This document shows, in pieces, positions 60,174 through 64,000 of a DNA stretch of 64,000 nucleotides. The notes beneath the pieces are model-generated. The model did not search any database. It had not been told where the DNA came from and saw only the letters and a program-made list of their open reading frames with translations. This DNA is from Leptolyngbyaceae cyanobacterium (GTDB lineage: Bacteria; Cyanobacteriota; Cyanobacteriia; Phormidesmidales; Phormidesmidaceae). Position 1 is the first letter of the stretch, and every line of letters starts with the position of its first letter. The DNA is taken from NCBI GenBank assembly GCA_965263355.1, contig CBDHHL010000056.1, forward strand, positions 2,336,001-2,400,000. The letters run 5' to 3'. The translations under genes and the position numbers were made by a program.

Positions 60174-60818
60174 ATGAAATTCAAACTCATTCTGGGGTCA
60201 GCTATTTCGACTCTCTACTTAATACTGCCAGGACATTACGGCTTAGCCCAATCACAACAGCCAGAGGAGCAACCATCAACCTGTCAGCTGAGGGCTCAGC
60301 AACCACGCACGGATGAGCATACACCAGCGCACAGACCATCATCCCAGCTGTTATTAGCAGCGAAGCTAGAGGCCATCTGCCGACTCAATGACCAGCAACC
60401 ACGCACGGATGATAGCGCGATCGCAACGGATGATAATCCCTCACCTGACCATTTCACGGTACCAAGCCTCTGGTGGCATGAGCAACAGGTAGGAGAAGCC
60501 ATCAACAGCCGCCTGATTGATAGTTGGCGGGCATACGATAACACTATCAATACAAAGACTGGCCAAGCCATCTCCCATGTAGATGTGGTAATCAACAGCC
60601 AGCTCTGGCCGTTACTTAATTATTTAGAGCGCTATTCATTAATTACTCAGTTTGGCGAGAGCGCTCAATCCTACGGCTATCAGCTACGGATTTTTACAGG
60701 TAATCGTCTAGTGGGTCTACAGGTGTGTGACTTTGCAAATGATTCCTCCACGCCCACTTGCGTTGTGGAGTTAAATTATTTTGGCCAAGGAGCTATTCGG
60801 GGTGGCCGTCGGCGCTAA
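60174..60818 (+). CDS. Hypothetical exported protein
   Basis: Signal peptide; PSLWW and YLERYS...FG motif of a cyanobacterial family; internal 20-bp duplication. Confidence 0.7.
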   Translation: MKFKLILGSAISTLYLILPGHYGLAQSQQPEEQPSTCQLRAQQPRTDEHTPAHRPSSQLLLAAKLEAICRLNDQQPRTDDSAIATDDNPSPDHFTVPSLWWHEQQVGEAINSRLIDSWRAYDNTINTKTGQAISHVDVVINSQLWPLLNYLERYSLITQFGESAQSYGYQLRIFTGNRLVGLQVCDFANDSSTPTCVVELNYFGQGAIRGGRRR

Positions 60819-61926
60819 ACAACTCAGCCAGCTGAGCTTGCCCCTCTGCAGATAAGGGCAATAACACTTCCCCGTGCCCTGATACCAACAACGTTTCTTT
60901 GTACAGTTGAACGGGCAACTGCACATCAGGCAAGAAAAACAAGGGCGATACCCCATGACTCGCCACAGAAATCTGAGTGGCAATCGGATCTTGCCAACAG
61001 AACTTCATCCATGATTGAGCTGCATCAGTCAGTTTTGCATCGACTGGGGCAACCCAAAGATCGCTAGTCAAAACAGTTCCCTCCTGAGGATGAACAGCGC
61101 CAAGACGACGATAGCGGACTAACGTCGCTAAAATATCGCCACTCCAGCCAACGGCCAACCAAACATCTTCATTGACTAACGCTTTCAGATAATCTTGGGA
61201 ATCAAACACTTTAACTTGACGATATAGCGCTAAAAGCTGTTCTTTTATATCGTCTTGAGCCAAAACAGCTTCATCATTAACAGAATATTCCAATGCCTTT
61301 AGCACAATAGCTGCAACTAGCCTGGGCTGGTCAGGCATAGCAATTTTTCCGGCCAATTCTGGTCGCCAAAGATCTGCCCATTTGGTAATCGGCTTGAGGT
61401 TGGAATTAGATTTAAATATGGGCTTTTGATAGGCAATCATCAGCCCTTGAGTACGATAAGGAACTGCCCAAAGCTGCCCCTGAAGCTGCGATTGCCCTTG
61501 ACTATCACGTCTGAGCAAACGTTGCCAGGGCTCCGGCAAATTTTTGACTAGCTCAAATTCTGGTAACGGTTGAATTAGGTTGTTAGCAATTGCATGCTCC
61601 AACCAGGGGTCGCTGAGGGAGACGAGATGTGTTTTTACAGTTGATGCTACTGCGTCTGAAGGCGTATTGCCTAACGTTAACAATCGTCGCCACAAGGGAG
61701 GCCTTCGTGGTGTTTGAGCCTGCCACCGTTGCAACTGTTGATAAATATCTACCAGGTTAGTTTCAACTTCAAACTCAGCTGGGGTTTCCCTACTAAATGC
61801 CTTCAAAACTCGGAGTGGCACTGAATGCGCTAGCAATTTCACTTTTAAGGCATTAGATAAACTGGGCCGACAACTGGCAACGGCAGCCCCTAATAGTGCC
61901 CATAATACTGTGCGCCGTTTGATCAT
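60793..61926 (-). CDS. ABC transporter extracellular solute-binding protein (PotD-like)
   Basis: Tat-like KRRTVL plus lipobox VASC; WADLWRPELAGKI, AVGWSGD, SDLWV. Confidence 0.8.
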   Translation of the reverse strand: MIKRRTVLWALLGAAVASCRPSLSNALKVKLLAHSVPLRVLKAFSRETPAEFEVETNLVDIYQQLQRWQAQTPRRPPLWRRLLTLGNTPSDAVASTVKTHLVSLSDPWLEHAIANNLIQPLPEFELVKNLPEPWQRLLRRDSQGQSQLQGQLWAVPYRTQGLMIAYQKPIFKSNSNLKPITKWADLWRPELAGKIAMPDQPRLVAAIVLKALEYSVNDEAVLAQDDIKEQLLALYRQVKVFDSQDYLKALVNEDVWLAVGWSGDILATLVRYRRLGAVHPQEGTVLTSDLWVAPVDAKLTDAAQSWMKFCWQDPIATQISVASHGVSPLFFLPDVQLPVQLYKETLLVSGHGEVLLPLSAEGQAQLAELFSADGHPE

Positions 61927-62027
61927 CGTGTTCTCGTACAATGCCTACTTAACCTAGCGCAATCGATGAAAACTACCCGATTCAAACCCCTGATTCAATG
62001 AATCTTGTCAATTTTGCGATCGCTTAT

Positions 62028-62060
62028 AAAAAAAGGGGAAGGTTCTAAACGCTTCCCCTT
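62028..62060 (-). terminator. Intrinsic terminator of psbV
   Basis: AAGGGGAAG...CTTCCCCTT hairpin preceded by an A-run on the + strand (U-run on the - strand). Confidence 0.75.
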
Positions 62061-62115
62061 GTTAGGCTAATCAAAACGTTCAGCTCCTGATGGTCAGAAG
62101 CCTTTAGAGACCTGG

Positions 62116-62628
62116 TTAAAATGTAGCAGGGGCAGAGAAACGAGTCTTACCAGCCCCCCACATTCCACCTAAAACCTTGGGCTGAAGCAAAATATAACCG
62201 GAGATCGCCTCTACATCATCGTCAGTTAGACTACGCATCTTGGGGAAAATATCAGTACTCTTCATACTGGGATGAAGCTCAGAAATTTCAGTCAAACCAT
62301 CGTAAGTTGTCGGGTTATTTAAATAATCGACTAGAGCTTCTAAGTTATTACGACTGGGATATGCTCCTTCTAACGCTTCAGGTTCTAAACCAACGTTGGG
62401 GTTAGTCTTGGTAATACCCTGAACATGGCAAGTAGCACAGGCGTAATTAAAATTTTTACGGCCCAGAGCAACCTGCTCTAGGGAAAGCACTACTGTGTCA
62501 CCCTGCTCATTCAGGGGAATAGTACGGGTCGCCTCATCTAGCTCAGCCGCCATCGCATTGCTACCTACAAACAGGTTACCGACCAAAAAAACAGTCGCGA
62601 CCACCAGCCAAATGCATTTTTTCAACAT
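62116..62628 (-). CDS. psbV: Cytochrome c-550 (PsbV)
   Basis: Signal peptide, CATCH heme motif, TKTNPNV, NPTTYDG, ELHPS; AGGAG-like RBS before the ATG at 62628. Confidence 0.96.
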   Translation of the reverse strand: MLKKCIWLVVATVFLVGNLFVGSNAMAAELDEATRTIPLNEQGDTVVLSLEQVALGRKNFNYACATCHVQGITKTNPNVGLEPEALEGAYPSRNNLEALVDYLNNPTTYDGLTEISELHPSMKSTDIFPKMRSLTDDDVEAISGYILLQPKVLGGMWGAGKTRFSAPATF

Positions 62629-62869
62629 GATTCTCCTCGAAATGGATCGCCCATAAAATACGCAAAACAGCAAAAAGCATTGAGTCTAAAAAGTAGACAA
62701 TGCTCGCGATTTTACGGCTAGCTGATCAACCATATCCAAGGTGAAACAAGAGATTCCCTGAGGAAACAACCACTGTTTTGCAGGTGGATAAGGTTTATTT
62801 CAGGTAGCCAATAGTTAATAACCATCATGCCACCGATAGGGTCAATTCCCAAGACAGTTGAAGGGTTGA

Positions 62870-63808
62870 CTATATCACCGGTTTGATCTGCACTGGTTGA
62901 CCATTAACAGCTCTCTCCAGAGACACCTGACTTAGGGAAGGAGATTGGGTAGGTAGCTGATGCAACCGAATTAACTGAGCAACAGCATCTTTAAGCTGGG
63001 TTCGGGGCACAATTTTATCGACAAAGCCATGTTTCAGCAGATATTCTGATGTCTGAAAGTCATCTGGCAACTTTTCCCGAAGGGTTTGTTCAACTACGCG
63101 GCGACCGGCAAATCCAATAGTGGCATCCGGTTCGGCCAAAATAATATCGCCTAGCATGGCAAAACTTGCAGTTACCCCTCCTGTGGTGGGATGGGTCAAA
63201 ATTGGTATATAAAGCAAACGGCTATCACGATGACGTTCGAGCGCCGCTGAAATTTTCGCCATTTGCATCAGACTAAGCATGCCTTCCTGCATGCGGGCAC
63301 CACCCGATGCACAAACAATGACAACTGGCAAATGGCCCGCAGTCGCATGCTCAATTAAACGAGTGATTTTTTCGCCTACAACCGAGCCCATACTCCCGCC
63401 CATAAAGCGAAAATCCATTACCCCCAAGGCAACACCTTCGCCATTAATCTGGCCAACCCCGGTTTGCACCCCATCATTGAGTTTTGTTTTACTTTGCATA
63501 TCGCGCAGCCGGTCACTGTAGGCTTTGCGATCTCGAAACCTTAAAGGATCCTGAGGCGCAATTTGCTCATTCAAAGGCTGCCAGGTATCTGCATCGATCA
63601 ACTGCTCAATCCGCTCATCACTAAAAACACGATAGTGATGGCCACATTCTGGGCAGACCATCTGGTTAGCCCGCAGATCTTTGGTATAAGTCAGCACTCC
63701 ACATTCACCACACTTGGTCCAAAGACCGTCAGCAATCTCACGCTCCTGACGATCCTGGCTAATGGGGCTTTCTTTCTTACGATTTGCAAACCAGTCAAAA
63801 AGGGACAT
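62870..63808 (-). CDS. accD: Acetyl-CoA carboxylase carboxyltransferase beta subunit
   Basis: CxxC zinc finger, [31 protein letters not shown]. Confidence 0.97.
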   Translation of the reverse strand: MSLFDWFANRKKESPISQDRQEREIADGLWTKCGECGVLTYTKDLRANQMVCPECGHHYRVFSDERIEQLIDADTWQPLNEQIAPQDPLRFRDRKAYSDRLRDMQSKTKLNDGVQTGVGQINGEGVALGVMDFRFMGGSMGSVVGEKITRLIEHATAGHLPVVIVCASGGARMQEGMLSLMQMAKISAALERHRDSRLLYIPILTHPTTGGVTASFAMLGDIILAEPDATIGFAGRRVVEQTLREKLPDDFQTSEYLLKHGFVDKIVPRTQLKDAVAQLIRLHQLPTQSPSLSQVSLERAVNGQPVQIKPVI

Positions 63809-64000
63809 AGACCCTGTTCTCGATACATAGCTCCCTCCAATCCTACCGGCTTGTTCACCTACCGGGAATAGGCAGTAGCAATTTTATTCGCGGCCATAGA
63901 TTACAGTGACCCTTGGAAGAATAGCCTCAAATAAGCTCGTATCAAGGCATTCCCAAAAAATAGACTAATTCCTGCACCGAAGGCTAAAAATGGACCAAAT

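Larger units (their letters stand above)
2866..62023. repeat. Dispersed HIP1 octamers (GCGATCGC), at least 24 copies
   Basis: Counted by eye, for example at 2866, 3147, 4477, 7325, 10697, 13766, 15783, 16501, 22955, 27055, 36916, 43177, 52565, 57633 and 62016; a cyanobacterial genome signature. Confidence 0.95.

Overview
This is a gene-dense chromosomal segment from a cyanobacterium. The evidence is psbU, psbV, ycf54, the cyanoexosortase B system and at least 24 HIP1 (GCGATCGC) sites. The glucosylglycerol phosphatase stpA and the protein styles suggest a salt-tolerant or marine filamentous Leptolyngbya-like strain (inference). Most of the roughly 47 genes are ordinary core functions: tolC, uppP, nadB, tag, M17 peptidase, sbcC, msrA, coaX, folD-crtE-DUF212, wza/wzc, argF, clpS and accD. 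I saw no rRNA, tRNA, CRISPR array or intact transposase. The leads most worth following are five. (1) Two orphan structured small-RNA candidates with their own promoter and terminator (~33802-34089 and ~29661-29784). (2) A small secreted protein made of three ~22-aa repeats under clear purifying selection, behind a near-consensus CRP box (36868-37158). (3) A caspase-nSTAND1 NTPase-TM protein with an intact catalytic dyad but no C-terminal sensor repeats, behind a 1.3-kb non-coding region. (4) A wHTH-STAND-TPR regulator divergent from a stand-alone cis-prenyltransferase. (5) A perfect 21-bp palindrome just upstream of sbcC. All identifications come from motif recognition by eye; no database searches were run.
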